A stretch of 53,719 nucleotides of DNA from Betaproteobacteria bacterium (lineage in GTDB: Bacteria > Pseudomonadota > Gammaproteobacteria > Burkholderiales > JACQAP01). Shown piece by piece: positions 18,264 through 27,947 of the stretch (positions are counted from its first letter, which is position 1; each line of letters starts with the position of its first letter). Position numbers and translations under genes: made by a program. The DNA is taken from positions 1 to 53,719 of the forward strand of contig JANXVW010000133.1 of NCBI GenBank assembly GCA_025351455.1. The letters run 5' to 3'. Below the pieces are notes generated by a model, which saw only the letters and a list, made by a program, of their open reading frames with translations, was not told the origin of the DNA and did no database searches.

Positions 18264-18851
18264 CTTTTGCGGCTTTCTCCACACCTGCCAGCGTTCCTTG
18301 CCCGTGAAAACCTGGATGGAGTCCGCAACGGGCCGGTCATCGACGCGTTCGAATTGCGGCTTGAACAGCGCATCGAGTTCGGCCGGGCTGGTGCCGAAGG
18401 GCGGGCCTTTGAGCGAATCGGCAAAGAAGAAAAATCCTGCGATTACGCCTTCCGGTTTCAACAACTCCGCACATCGATCGCTATACCCTCCCCACATTTT
18501 CCTGGGCAGCGCACAGAGGAAGGCGCGTTCGTAGATCACATCGAAGGGTGGTCCAGAAGCGAAATCGAAGAAATCGGCCAGGCGCACGATATCTGCAAGC
18601 GCGCCGAGATTTTTTCGTGCGGCCGCCACGGCCGCCGGACTGAAGTCGATCGCCAGCACGTCGAATCCCCTGCCGGCGAGGTAAGCCGCTTCGTATCCTG
18701 ACCCGCAGCCGGGAATCAGAATGCGGGCCCCGCGCGCGATCACGGGCTCGAAGTCGCGCAGCGCGGCAGGCACTTTGCCCGCATCCCACGGAATGATCTT
18801 GTCGCGGTAGCGGCTTTCCCAGAAAGCGGGCTTCGAGCTGTCCTGTGCCAA
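18258..18851 (-). CDS. TPMT-family SAM-dependent methyltransferase (thiopurine/thiol/halide methyltransferase-like)
   Basis: 197 aa. FWESRY...PWDAGKVPAAL, SAM motif ILIPGCGSGYEAAYLA, and a C-terminal ERWQVW, as in the TPMT/HOL family. Confidence 0.8.
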   Translation of the reverse strand: MAQDSSKPAFWESRYRDKIIPWDAGKVPAALRDFEPVIARGARILIPGCGSGYEAAYLAGRGFDVLAIDFSPAAVAAARKNLGALADIVRLADFFDFASGPPFDVIYERAFLCALPRKMWGGYSDRCAELLKPEGVIAGFFFFADSLKGPPFGTSPAELDALFKPQFERVDDRPVADSIQVFTGKERWQVWRKPQKP

Positions 18852-18866
18852 CGGGGTTTCGCGCTG

Positions 18867-19643
18867 TCAGGGCCGGGTCGCCGCGAGCACGGCGACCGGA
18901 TAGACGTAATTGACGTGGCTGCCTTCGAGCCGGACCGGAATGCCGAGGCGATCGTCGCGGGCCGAGGACCTGAATATTTCCCGGATCCTGTCGCCGTCGC
19001 CCGGATTCGGAAACGAGCGGCCAAGCAGGTTCTCCAGTTCGTCGCGCAATTCGTAAAACCTGATTTTTGCTTCAGGTAATCCTGCGGCGGGGAATAATGC
19101 CTCGAGTTCGGCGACCGGGAGTGCGCGTACATGGGAAGGATCGCGCAGACCCTCCATGCGGTTGAACTCTGCGCCCTTGGCGGGATCGGTCGATGTGTGC
19201 ATGTCGGCAACGAGCACGCGGCCGCCCGGCGCGCACACGCGCACCATTTCCCTGAGGACAGCGAGCGGATCGATGAAATGATGGAAACTAAATCGCGTGA
19301 CGACGATGATGAACGCGCCATCGGCGTAGGGCAGGGCAGTTGCCTGCCCCTGGTCCCAACTGACGTTGTCGAGTTTCCTTTCCCGCGCCATTGCGCGCGC
19401 GTGATCGAGCATCGCCGGTGTCATGTCGATGCCCGTGGCGTGGCGCACGATCCCCGCAAATGCGCAAACCACATTCCCGCCGCCGCAAGCAACGTCGAGC
19501 ACCGTATCGTCCGGGCCGGCGCCGACGGCATCGATCAGCAACTGGTGCGCCGTTGCGTCGGCAATGGTTTTGGCGGTCGAAAACGCAATGGCCTGCTTGC
19601 TGAACTGATCGACGATCAGCGCCTGGTGGTTTGTGGTTTCCAT
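18867..19643 (-). CDS. Class I SAM-dependent methyltransferase (Methyltransf_11/UbiE-like)
   Basis: 258 aa from METTNHQ. SAM motif VLDVACGGGN. The ORF-track start at 19997 runs through the cupin gene and is rejected. Confidence 0.85.
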   Translation of the reverse strand: METTNHQALIVDQFSKQAIAFSTAKTIADATAHQLLIDAVGAGPDDTVLDVACGGGNVVCAFAGIVRHATGIDMTPAMLDHARAMARERKLDNVSWDQGQATALPYADGAFIIVVTRFSFHHFIDPLAVLREMVRVCAPGGRVLVADMHTSTDPAKGAEFNRMEGLRDPSHVRALPVAELEALFPAAGLPEAKIRFYELRDELENLLGRSFPNPGDGDRIREIFRSSARDDRLGIPVRLEGSHVNYVYPVAVLAATRP

Positions 19644-19653
19644 GTTCTTTTTC

Positions 19654-20043
19654 TCACTCCTCAGTCCTTTTACCTCGATCCCGCCTTTCCCCGCCCTCCG
19701 GCCCATAAAACATGACCCAAGTGCAAAAGTCCGCCGTGAATTGGTCGAAGCGGTGTTCGACGCCGGCAGGCACGAACAGCATGTCGCCGGACTGGAACGC
19801 GTGGCGGTCCGCCCCATTGATGAACCACCCCGAACCCCGCGCGACGATGTAAACCTCGTCGCGCGTATGCGGTTTCTGCGGGTCCGAGTCTGTTGGACGG
19901 TACATCTTAACCTGCATGTTGCCGTGCTCGAATACGAATGCCGAGGTAACGCCTTCACGGATCCTGGCAACCAGGGCCAAGGCCTCCGTGATGCCAACGT
20001 GACGGGGGTGTCCGGAAGTCGTGAAGTTCTTTTCGGTTTTCAA
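19654..20043 (-). CDS. Cupin-domain protein
   Basis: 129 aa. Cupin motifs HTRDEVYIVARGSG and GDMLFVPAGVEHRF. A TTG start overlaps the tag stop (TTGA). Confidence 0.7.
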   Translation of the reverse strand: MKTEKNFTTSGHPRHVGITEALALVARIREGVTSAFVFEHGNMQVKMYRPTDSDPQKPHTRDEVYIVARGSGWFINGADRHAFQSGDMLFVPAGVEHRFDQFTADFCTWVMFYGPEGGERRDRGKRTEE

Positions 20044-20648
20044 GTTCTGGCTTTTCCCCGTCCCTTCAGTTGCTTCCAGCGAAAGCAGCCGGTCGTGTGA
20101 TCGTTGACCATGCCGGTGGCCTGCATGAAGGCGTACATGATGGTGCTGCCGACAAACTTGAAACCACGGCGTTTGAGGTCCTTGCTCATGGCATCGGATT
20201 CTACCGTGGTGGCCGGTACCTCTTTGTGCGAAGTCCAGTCATTGCGGCGCGGCTTGCCGCCGACAAACTGCCAGATGTAGGCGTCAAAGCTGCCGAATTC
20301 CCTCTGTACTTCGATGAAGGCGCGGGCGTTGGCAACGGTTGCCGCGATCTTCAACCGATTGCGAACAATGCCCGCATCCCGCATGAGGTTGCCGATTTTC
20401 GCCTTGTCGTAATTCGCCACCGTTCGAACATCGAATCCGCTGAACGCGTTTCGATAATTTTCGCGCTTGTTGAGGATGGTCGACCACGACAGGCCGGCTT
20501 GCGCTCCCTCCAGGATAAGGAATTCGAACAGCACGCGGTCGTTGTGCTGCGGCACGCCCCATTCCTCATCGTGGTAGGCGGTGTAGAGCGGGCTGCCGTT
20601 CTCGGCCCAATGGCAGCGGGATGCGGAGTTGCGGCGATCAGGTTCCAT
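20040..20648 (-). CDS. tag: DNA-3-methyladenine glycosylase I
   Basis: 202 aa. YHDEEWGVP...FEFLILEGAQAGLSWSTILNKRENYR and FVGSTIMYAFMQATGMVNDH align with E. coli Tag along its whole length. Confidence 0.93.
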   Translation of the reverse strand: MEPDRRNSASRCHWAENGSPLYTAYHDEEWGVPQHNDRVLFEFLILEGAQAGLSWSTILNKRENYRNAFSGFDVRTVANYDKAKIGNLMRDAGIVRNRLKIAATVANARAFIEVQREFGSFDAYIWQFVGGKPRRNDWTSHKEVPATTVESDAMSKDLKRRGFKFVGSTIMYAFMQATGMVNDHTTGCFRWKQLKGRGKART

Positions 20649-21055
20649 GGCGGCACAATATGGCGGGACAATGAAGTTGGTCCGGCTATGTTAGCGGGGA
20701 AAGCCCGGCCTTACAGGTCGAGGCGGGATTGCAGTGGTGTTGGTGCGGCCTAGGACAAGACGCGTTCGACAAGCCGCGCGGGTTTCATGAAGGGGGGCCG
20801 GTCTCGTCGCGCGTGCGATCTACGATGTGAATGACCTCGTGTCCCGAAGCTCTCAGCAACGCTATCGGATCCGTACATGTAGATTTTTCCGCCTCGTTTT
20901 GTATGGATTACCGGGTTATCCCGGTCTTGCGCGTTGTCGCGCCAGTGGTGCGCCCGCAGCGCGAATTATCAGCGATGGCATAGCGCTTGCCTGTTGGTAG
21001 AAAACCGCGGGTAGATGTCCCTGCTGCTTATTCTCCACAACGCCAGTCGTTCACC

Positions 21056-21952
21056 ATGCCAAGAGCCATCTGGAAGGGATCAATCAGTTTCGGCCTCGTG
21101 CATATTCCCGTGGCCCTGTTTCCCGCGGTCACCAGCGATGACATCGATTTCGACTGGCTGGACAAGCGTTCGATGGCGCCAATCGGCTATCGCCGTTTCA
21201 ACAAGGAAACAGGCAAGGAAGTGGACAAGGAGTTCATCGTCCGTGGATATCAGTACGAGCAAGGGCGCTACGTCGTGCTGTCCGACGAGGAAATCCGCGG
21301 CGCCAACGCCAAGGCGACGCAGAGCGTGGATATTCTCTGCTTCGCGGACTTGAAGGAGGTTTCCTTCCTGTACCTGGAGGCGCCTTACTATCTGGCGCCG
21401 GACAAGAAGGGACAAAAAGTCTATGCGTTGCTGCGCGAAGCGTTGAAGAAAACCGGAAAGATCGGCATCGCGCACGTGGTCATGCACACCAAGCAACACC
21501 TTGCCGCGCTGATTCCGGCGGGCAACGTGCTGGTTTTGAACACCCTGCGTTGGGGCGGTGAATTGCGCGACGCGAACGAGCTCGAACTGCCTGCGGACGG
21601 GGTCAAGGCCATCGGCATCACGGAGAAGGAGTTGTCGATGGCCGAACAATTGATCGGAGACATGACCGAACGCCTCGACTTGAAAAAATTCCGCGACACA
21701 TTCCGCGACGACATCCTGGCGCTGGTTAAGCGCAAAGTCAAAGCCGGCAAAACACAACTCGTCGACACGCCCGAGGCAGCGCCGGAAGCGGCCGCGCCGA
21801 GCAATGTCATCGACCTCACCGAACTGCTCAAGCGTAGCCTGCATGGCGGCAAGGGCAATGCGAGCCGGAGTCCGGCAGCCAAGGTGCGCAAGCGCGCGAC
21901 GCCTTCAAAAGCGAAGATTGCGCCATTGGAGAAACGCCGGCGCGCTTCTTGA
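21056..21952 (+). CDS. ku: Non-homologous end joining protein Ku
   Basis: MPRAIWKGSISFGLVHIPVALFPA is the bacterial Ku N-terminus. Lys/Arg-rich C-tail. The ORF-track start at 20987 is a TTG extension. Confidence 0.93.
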   Translation: MPRAIWKGSISFGLVHIPVALFPAVTSDDIDFDWLDKRSMAPIGYRRFNKETGKEVDKEFIVRGYQYEQGRYVVLSDEEIRGANAKATQSVDILCFADLKEVSFLYLEAPYYLAPDKKGQKVYALLREALKKTGKIGIAHVVMHTKQHLAALIPAGNVLVLNTLRWGGELRDANELELPADGVKAIGITEKELSMAEQLIGDMTERLDLKKFRDTFRDDILALVKRKVKAGKTQLVDTPEAAPEAAAPSNVIDLTELLKRSLHGGKGNASRSPAAKVRKRATPSKAKIAPLEKRRRAS

Positions 21953-21962
21953 CGGTGTTCGC

Positions 21963-24530
21963 ATGGCCGGCAAACTCGTTACTTATCATCGCAAGCGCGA
22001 TTTCAAGCACACCCCGGAGCCAAAGGGCTCGGTTGCGGGTCGCCACCGTTCGCTGAGCTTCGTTATTCAGAAGCACGCCGCTCGGAGCCTGCATTACGAC
22101 TTCCGCCTTGAACTTGACGGCACGCTGAAGAGCTGGGCGGTGCCGAAGGGGCCGAGTCTGGATCCCGCCGACAAGAGATTGGCCGTGCATGTCGAGGACC
22201 ATCCGCTCGAATACGGAAAATTCGAAGGCACTATTCCCGAAGGGCATTACGGCGCGGGCAAGGTTCAGATCTGGGATCGCGGGACCTGGCACCCCGTTGG
22301 CGACGCCACGGTGGGTTATCGAAGCGGAAAACTGAAATTCAAACTGGATGGCAAGAAACTACATGGCGGCTGGACCCTGGTGCGCACGCGATTGCCGGGG
22401 TCCGGCGACAAGGAGCAATGGTTGCTGATCAAGGAACGCGACGAGATCGCGCAGTCCGCGAAGCAATACAGCATTACCGAGGCCATGCCGGATAGCGTCA
22501 TTGCGCCGAACGGTGCGAAACCCCGCGTGTGGTTGTCGAAGAAAACGGACGTGAAGACGCAAGTGCCGCCGGCGAAAGCAGAGCGCAAGAAGCCCGTGCT
22601 GGATGCGCAATCGCTGACGGGCGCGCGCAAGGCAGCGCTACCCCTGAAGTTGAAGCCGCAACTGGCGACTCTGGTTGGCGCCGCTCCGCGCGAAGGCGAC
22701 TGGTCCTATGAGATCAAGTTCGACGGTTACCGGCTGATGACGCGGGTATCCGGCAAGACCGTGCGCCTGTTTACACGAAATGGACACGACTGGACCGCCA
22801 AAATGCCCGCGCTGGCCGGTTCGATAAAACAACTCGGATTGCGGTCGGGCTGGCTCGATGGCGAAATTGTCGTCATGGGCAAGAACAACCTGCCGAGCTT
22901 CCAGGCGCTGCAGAATGCGTTCGACAACGAGAACACCGACGGCATCCGGTATTTTCTGTTCGATCTGCCTTTTTTCGACGGCTACGATTTGACCGCTGCG
23001 CCGCTCATGGAGCGCCGCGCGTTGCTGCAGCGTCTGCTTGCGGCGCGAAAGGAAGGACCGTTGCATTTCAGCGAGGATTTCAACGAAAGCCCGGACCATA
23101 TTCTCGACACGGCATGCAAGCTTTCACTGGAAGGCGTCGTTGGCAAGCGTTCCGGTTCGCCTTACGAGTCGCGCCGCACGAAAACCTGGATCAAAATGAA
23201 ATGCAACCGGCGCCAGGAGTTCGTGATCGCCGGCTTCACCGAGCCCAGGGGCAGCCGCTCTTCCTTCGGCGCGTTGTTGCTGGCGGTGCACGACAAAGGC
23301 GGCGTATTGCGTTACGCGGGCCGGGTCGGCACTGGATTCGACGGGAAGATCCTGCAAACCGTCTACGGCCGGTTGAAGAAACTGGAAACCGTACGCTCGC
23401 CATTGCGCGAGGTGCCGCCCGGGCAAACGGTGCGCGATGTGCACTGGGTCAAGCCGACGCTGGTCGCGGAGGTCTCCTTTGCCGAATGGACCGGAGACGG
23501 CCTAATCAGGCATGCGGTATTTCACGGTTTGCGCAAAGACAAGCCGGCGCGAGATGTCGGCGTCGAAACACCAGTCCGGCCTGCGCCGCCGTCCCAAAAA
23601 AAGACGCCGGTCAGTGCAGGGAAATCGGGTGACCTCGTCGCCGGCGTGCGCATCACCCATCCCGACCGGATCATCGACAAGGGCAGCGGATACACCAAGC
23701 TCGACCTGGCGCGTTACTACGAACACGTGGCACCCTGGATTCTTCCGCATCTCGCCGAGCGGCCGGTGGCGCTGGTGCGGGGGCCGGACGGCGCGCAGGG
23801 AGATTTGTTTTTCCAGAAACACGCGGAGCACCTGAAGATTCCCGGCATCCGCCAGCTCGACCCCCGGCTCGATCCCGGGCATGCCGCGCTGATGGTGATC
23901 GATTCAATCGAAGCGCTGGTCGGGGCCACGCAATTCGGCGCGATCGAGCTGCACACCTGGAATGCAACCGCGAAGGCCATCGAGAAACCGGATCGCCTGA
24001 TTTTCGACCTGGATCCGGATCCCGTATTGAAATGGAATACCGTCGTCGAAGCGGCAAGGCTGACCAGATCGATCCTCGAGGAGCTGGACTTGCGCGCGCT
24101 CGTCAAGTCCAGCGGCGGGAGGGGTCTTCATGTGGTCGTGCCGCTTGCGCGCCGCAACGACTGGTATGAAGTCAGGACGTTCTCGCAGGCCGTGGCGCAG
24201 CATCTCGCGGCGACGCTGCCCGAACGTTTCAGCGCAAAAATGGGGGAAAAGAATCGCGTGAAGAAAGTTTTCGTCGACTACCTGCGCAATCGCCGAGGTG
24301 CCAGCACGGTGGCGGCGTACTCGGTGAGGGCGCGGCCGGGATTGCCGGTCTCCGTTCCGCTCAAATGGGAGGAACTGGACAGTCTCGATCCCGCCGCTCA
24401 ATGGAATATCGAAACGTTGCCTCGAAGGCTGGCGGCTGGGAAGAAGGATGCCTGGGTGCTGCCTGGAAAGGCGCAGACCCTTACCGCGGCAATGAGAAAA
24501 AAGCTGGGGTTCAAATGGCCCGCGGAATAA
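21963..24530 (+). CDS. ligD: ATP-dependent DNA ligase LigD (phosphoesterase, ligase and primase-polymerase domains)
   Basis: 855 aa. PE domain FVIQKHAARSLHYDFRLE, ligase motif I EIKFDGYR, and a C-terminal Pol domain (LIFDLDPD, GGRGLHVVVPL). Starts 10 nt after ku. Confidence 0.93.
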   Translation: MAGKLVTYHRKRDFKHTPEPKGSVAGRHRSLSFVIQKHAARSLHYDFRLELDGTLKSWAVPKGPSLDPADKRLAVHVEDHPLEYGKFEGTIPEGHYGAGKVQIWDRGTWHPVGDATVGYRSGKLKFKLDGKKLHGGWTLVRTRLPGSGDKEQWLLIKERDEIAQSAKQYSITEAMPDSVIAPNGAKPRVWLSKKTDVKTQVPPAKAERKKPVLDAQSLTGARKAALPLKLKPQLATLVGAAPREGDWSYEIKFDGYRLMTRVSGKTVRLFTRNGHDWTAKMPALAGSIKQLGLRSGWLDGEIVVMGKNNLPSFQALQNAFDNENTDGIRYFLFDLPFFDGYDLTAAPLMERRALLQRLLAARKEGPLHFSEDFNESPDHILDTACKLSLEGVVGKRSGSPYESRRTKTWIKMKCNRRQEFVIAGFTEPRGSRSSFGALLLAVHDKGGVLRYAGRVGTGFDGKILQTVYGRLKKLETVRSPLREVPPGQTVRDVHWVKPTLVAEVSFAEWTGDGLIRHAVFHGLRKDKPARDVGVETPVRPAPPSQKKTPVSAGKSGDLVAGVRITHPDRIIDKGSGYTKLDLARYYEHVAPWILPHLAERPVALVRGPDGAQGDLFFQKHAEHLKIPGIRQLDPRLDPGHAALMVIDSIEALVGATQFGAIELHTWNATAKAIEKPDRLIFDLDPDPVLKWNTVVEAARLTRSILEELDLRALVKSSGGRGLHVVVPLARRNDWYEVRTFSQAVAQHLAATLPERFSAKMGEKNRVKKVFVDYLRNRRGASTVAAYSVRARPGLPVSVPLKWEELDSLDPAAQWNIETLPRRLAAGKKDAWVLPGKAQTLTAAMRKKLGFKWPAE

Positions 24531-24575
24531 GGCTTCGGCAATGCCGTCGCCAGATTCCCGGGCGCAACGATCAGA

Positions 24576-24998
24576 TCAGGTGCGGGCGAACTTGCGCTGT
24601 TTCCACTCGTAAATGCCCATCGCCACGCCGGTCGCATACAAGACTGCAATGAGCAGCAATTTCGTTTCGGAAATCGGCTCCCCGCCGACGATCAGGCCGC
24701 TCGCTGCGTAGATCGTGCCGATATGGCCGACTAGCATCGCTGCCTGGCTGACGAAGGTTGCGATCCTGGGACGCTCGTCCTTTGCATACAGTGCGATGCC
24801 GCGCAGGCTGCTCATCGCCATCGAAAGCAGTTGAACCGTCACGCCGACAGCCGCCAGGATCGCGATACCGGCGACGGGTTGGACCAGGCCCGGCGCGATG
24901 GCCGAAAGCGGCAGGACGAGCAGGTAGACGCCTGCGAAATAAAACGTAATCTGGATTAGCAAACCCAGGCCAAGCAGGAAATTGATGCGTGCAAACAC
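24576..24998 (-). CDS. Hypothetical small integral membrane protein (about 4 TM helices); start uncertain
   Basis: The ORF is open to 25157, but its first 53 codons are Arg-rich and non-membrane. A GTG at 24998 is preceded by GGAG and begins the hydrophobic part (VFARINFLLGLGLLIQITFYF...). Confidence 0.4.
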   Translation of the reverse strand: MFARINFLLGLGLLIQITFYFAGVYLLVLPLSAIAPGLVQPVAGIAILAAVGVTVQLLSMAMSSLRGIALYAKDERPRIATFVSQAAMLVGHIGTIYAASGLIVGGEPISETKLLLIAVLYATGVAMGIYEWKQRKFART

Positions 24999-25202
24999 GT
25001 TTGGTGATGCTCCATGACGACAGGGACGCACATCAGACCAAAGCCGCCGGCCCCCGTCAATGAGCTTGCACGTCGTTTTTCCAGGGGGCGCAGCGAACCT
25101 TACCGGTAATCGCACCCGGCGGACGCTCACTGCCGGCGCATCAACGTACGCAATCAACTGCTTAGCGACAGCGCAAGACAGTGCCGCGCGGGAACGCCGG
25201 CC

Positions 25203-25595
<393 letters not shown>

Positions 25596-25629
25596 TCAGT
25601 TCTCACTTCATCAAGATATAGAAAATTTT

Positions 25630-25792
25630 CACCGCAAAGACGCAAAGGACGCGGAGGAAAGGCAAGAGCGAGCGAAAATGGGAATAAATGAACTGGTACG
25701 TTTCCCATAGTCCGGACAATGCAGAATAACCCATAGGCCATTGAACAAATTTCCCATAGCTTTTCCTTTGCGCTCTTTGCGTCTTTGCGGTG
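25630..25792. repeat. GCAAAG-unit inverted-arm element, copy 2 (163 bp)
   Basis: Left arm CACCGCAAAGACGCAAAGGACGC... and right arm ...GCGCTCTTTGCGTCTTTGCGGTG. The core is AT-rich and contains CCCATAG three times. Confidence 0.85.
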
Positions 25793-25891
25793 AGACCTCT
25801 GCATGAGAGGTGGAGTGGTTGACGTGCCGGCAATGATAGCCGCATTGATGTAAGCTGTTTTTCAATACGACAGGAACAGCGGGGGAGGGGC

Positions 25892-26998
25892 ATGAGTTCG
25901 TCCTGGACGCGGCGTGATTTTCTGATCGGTTCCGGTGCAGCGCTGGCTGCTGTGCAGGCACTGGATCATTTCCACCCTTGCTGCGCGATGGCTGCCGACG
26001 CGCCGACGGCCGGTAGCGAGTTGTTCGAGCTCAAACCGGTGGCGGACGGCATCTATGCGGCGATCGCCGCTCCGCGCTACAAGGTCAACTGCAACGCCGC
26101 GGTGATCTTGACCAACGATGGGGTCGTGGTGGTGGATTCGCATTCCAAGCCGTCTGCCGCGCTCGCGCTCTACCGCGAGGTCCAGTCGATTACGAAGCAA
26201 CCGATCAAGCGCATCATCAACACGCATTTCCATTGGGACCACTGGCAAGGCAATCAAACCTACAAGGAAGCCTACCCGGATCTTGAGATCATCGCCTCGC
26301 AGCGCACGCTCGAAAACCTGACGCGTCCGGGTGCTGGTAACGGCGGCATTCCCAACGTGGATATCCAGCGCGGGATGCTGCCGAAGGAAATTGAGCAACT
26401 CGGCAACGACCTGGCGTCGGCGACCGATCCGGCCCAGAAGATGCGCCTGGAATCCAACATGCGTCAGACCCAGGCCTATATGGCGGAGCTGGCAAATTTC
26501 AAACCCGCATTGCCGACGCGAACGTTCGACAAGACAGTTTCGCTGGTAGTCGGCGACCGCGAGATCCAGATCCTGCTGCTTGGCCGCGGCCATACCGACG
26601 GCGACGTGTTCATCCATCTGCCGAAAGAAAAAGTCGTGGCAACCGGCGACGCGCTGATCGACTGGATGCCCTACATGAACGACGGGTTTCCCGAGGACTG
26701 GGTGCACACGCTGGATGCACTGGAGAAATTCGATTTCACGCACATCATTCCCGGCCACGGCGGGGTAATGCCGAAGGAACACCTGGCTTTCTTCCGCGGC
26801 TACATGGCGGACCTGATCGCCGCCATCAAATCGGCCCACGCCGAGGGCGCGAGCCTCGACGAAATGAAGAAGACGCTGCCCGACCGCCTCGCCGTCAAAT
26901 ATGAACAAGGCATGTCGAAACATCCGCTCGGCCGCTACCGCGACCGCATCGGCCTGAACATCGAAGTCGCCTACGGCAAGGTTGTTGGTAAAGCCTGA
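25892..26998 (+). CDS. Tat-exported MBL-fold metallo-hydrolase
   Basis: 368 aa. Twin-arginine signal SWTRRDFLIGSGAALAA, metal motif HFHWDHWQGN, then GHTDGD and GHG. GGAGG lies before the ATG. Confidence 0.88.
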   Translation: MSSSWTRRDFLIGSGAALAAVQALDHFHPCCAMAADAPTAGSELFELKPVADGIYAAIAAPRYKVNCNAAVILTNDGVVVVDSHSKPSAALALYREVQSITKQPIKRIINTHFHWDHWQGNQTYKEAYPDLEIIASQRTLENLTRPGAGNGGIPNVDIQRGMLPKEIEQLGNDLASATDPAQKMRLESNMRQTQAYMAELANFKPALPTRTFDKTVSLVVGDREIQILLLGRGHTDGDVFIHLPKEKVVATGDALIDWMPYMNDGFPEDWVHTLDALEKFDFTHIIPGHGGVMPKEHLAFFRGYMADLIAAIKSAHAEGASLDEMKKTLPDRLAVKYEQGMSKHPLGRYRDRIGLNIEVAYGKVVGKA

Positions 26999-27741
26999 CA
27001 GGCTTTACGGCAAACAAGCAAGACCTCGTCGACGTCTGACGCGTCGAGCATGCCGGGTTGCAGGTCGAGTTTTTTCTGGAAGCGAACGCCCAGCGGCATC
27101 ATCACGCGGTTGTACCACCACATTGCGCGTTGGCGATGATGCGTCAGCCACCACAGGCCCAGATCCAGCAGTCGCGAGGATTTCGGCTGCATGCCGTAGA
27201 CCGCGCTGCTCTCGACCGTGAAACCGTATTCACTCAGTTTTTCCAGCAGGCGCTGCGGTTCGTACCGGCGGCAATGGCCGACGAAGTCGTCGAACGGCGT
27301 CCAACGCGACGGATGCAGCGGCACGGCGATCAGCAGGGCGCCACCGGCCGCGCACACGCGCGACAATTCGGACAAGGCACCGTCTTCATCGTCGACATGC
27401 TCGACGATGTCCACCGCGCACACGAGATCGAACGCTCCGTCCGAGAATGGCAGCGCCGTGATCGAACCGAGCGAGGCGCTGGCGGCGCGCGCACACAGTT
27501 TCGCGACCGCGGGTTCGCTCAGGTCGACGAAATGCGATCCCTCTACGGGCAGCCGCGGGCGCAGGCCGGGCGCCACCTCCAGTCGGGAATGCGCTTTCGC
27601 GACCAGCGAACTGACCAGGGGCCAGGTATTGAAACGCTGCGGCTCGACCAGACGGGCATCGCGCCACAGCGGGTCGTAGAAGCGGCGATTCGTTTCCGTC
27701 AATTCTGCGTTATCGGGTGCTCGGGGGAATTCTGTGATCAT
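26971..27741 (-). CDS. Class I SAM-dependent methyltransferase
   Basis: About 256 aa from MITEFPRAP. Methyltransf_11-like segment FDLVCAVDIVEHVDDEDGALSELSRVCAAGGALLIAVP. The 3' end overlaps the MBL gene by 28 nt. Confidence 0.75.
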   Translation of the reverse strand: MITEFPRAPDNAELTETNRRFYDPLWRDARLVEPQRFNTWPLVSSLVAKAHSRLEVAPGLRPRLPVEGSHFVDLSEPAVAKLCARAASASLGSITALPFSDGAFDLVCAVDIVEHVDDEDGALSELSRVCAAGGALLIAVPLHPSRWTPFDDFVGHCRRYEPQRLLEKLSEYGFTVESSAVYGMQPKSSRLLDLGLWWLTHHRQRAMWWYNRVMMPLGVRFQKKLDLQPGMLDASDVDEVLLVCRKACQALPTTLP

Positions 27742-27947
27742 CCGCTGCCGGTCATGGCGTGAAAGACCGATTTTCGCACTAATCCCGATCCCGGGCGGAT
27801 GTGGGCGGATTCGAGCGTCTGTCTGGACGGCATTCGCCGACACCAGCCTGCGCGGCCGGATCCGTCATGGCGATTTCATCCGCGAATTGAACACGATCCA
27901 TCAAGCGGCACCGAACCTGACGGTCCGTACGCTCCGGTGAGCTCGGA

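Noticed and set aside
19644-19997. N-terminal extension of the methyltransferase ORF (18867..19997) through the cupin gene
   Set aside because: It is in a different frame from the cupin motifs, Arg/Ser-rich, and METTNHQ at 19643 has an upstream GGAG.
20785-20907. 40-codon minus-strand ORF in the tag-ku spacer reading ...DPIALLRASGHEVIHIVDRTRDETG, reminiscent of the N-terminus of DUF5615/PIN-like toxins
   Set aside because: It is too short, has no start codon or SD, and the resemblance is from memory of a loose motif. It is only worth a tblastn check.
26971-26998. 28-nt convergent overlap of the MBL hydrolase and methyltransferase 3' ends, as a possible regulatory feature
   Set aside because: Short convergent overlaps are common in compact GC-rich genomes, and there is no associated structure.
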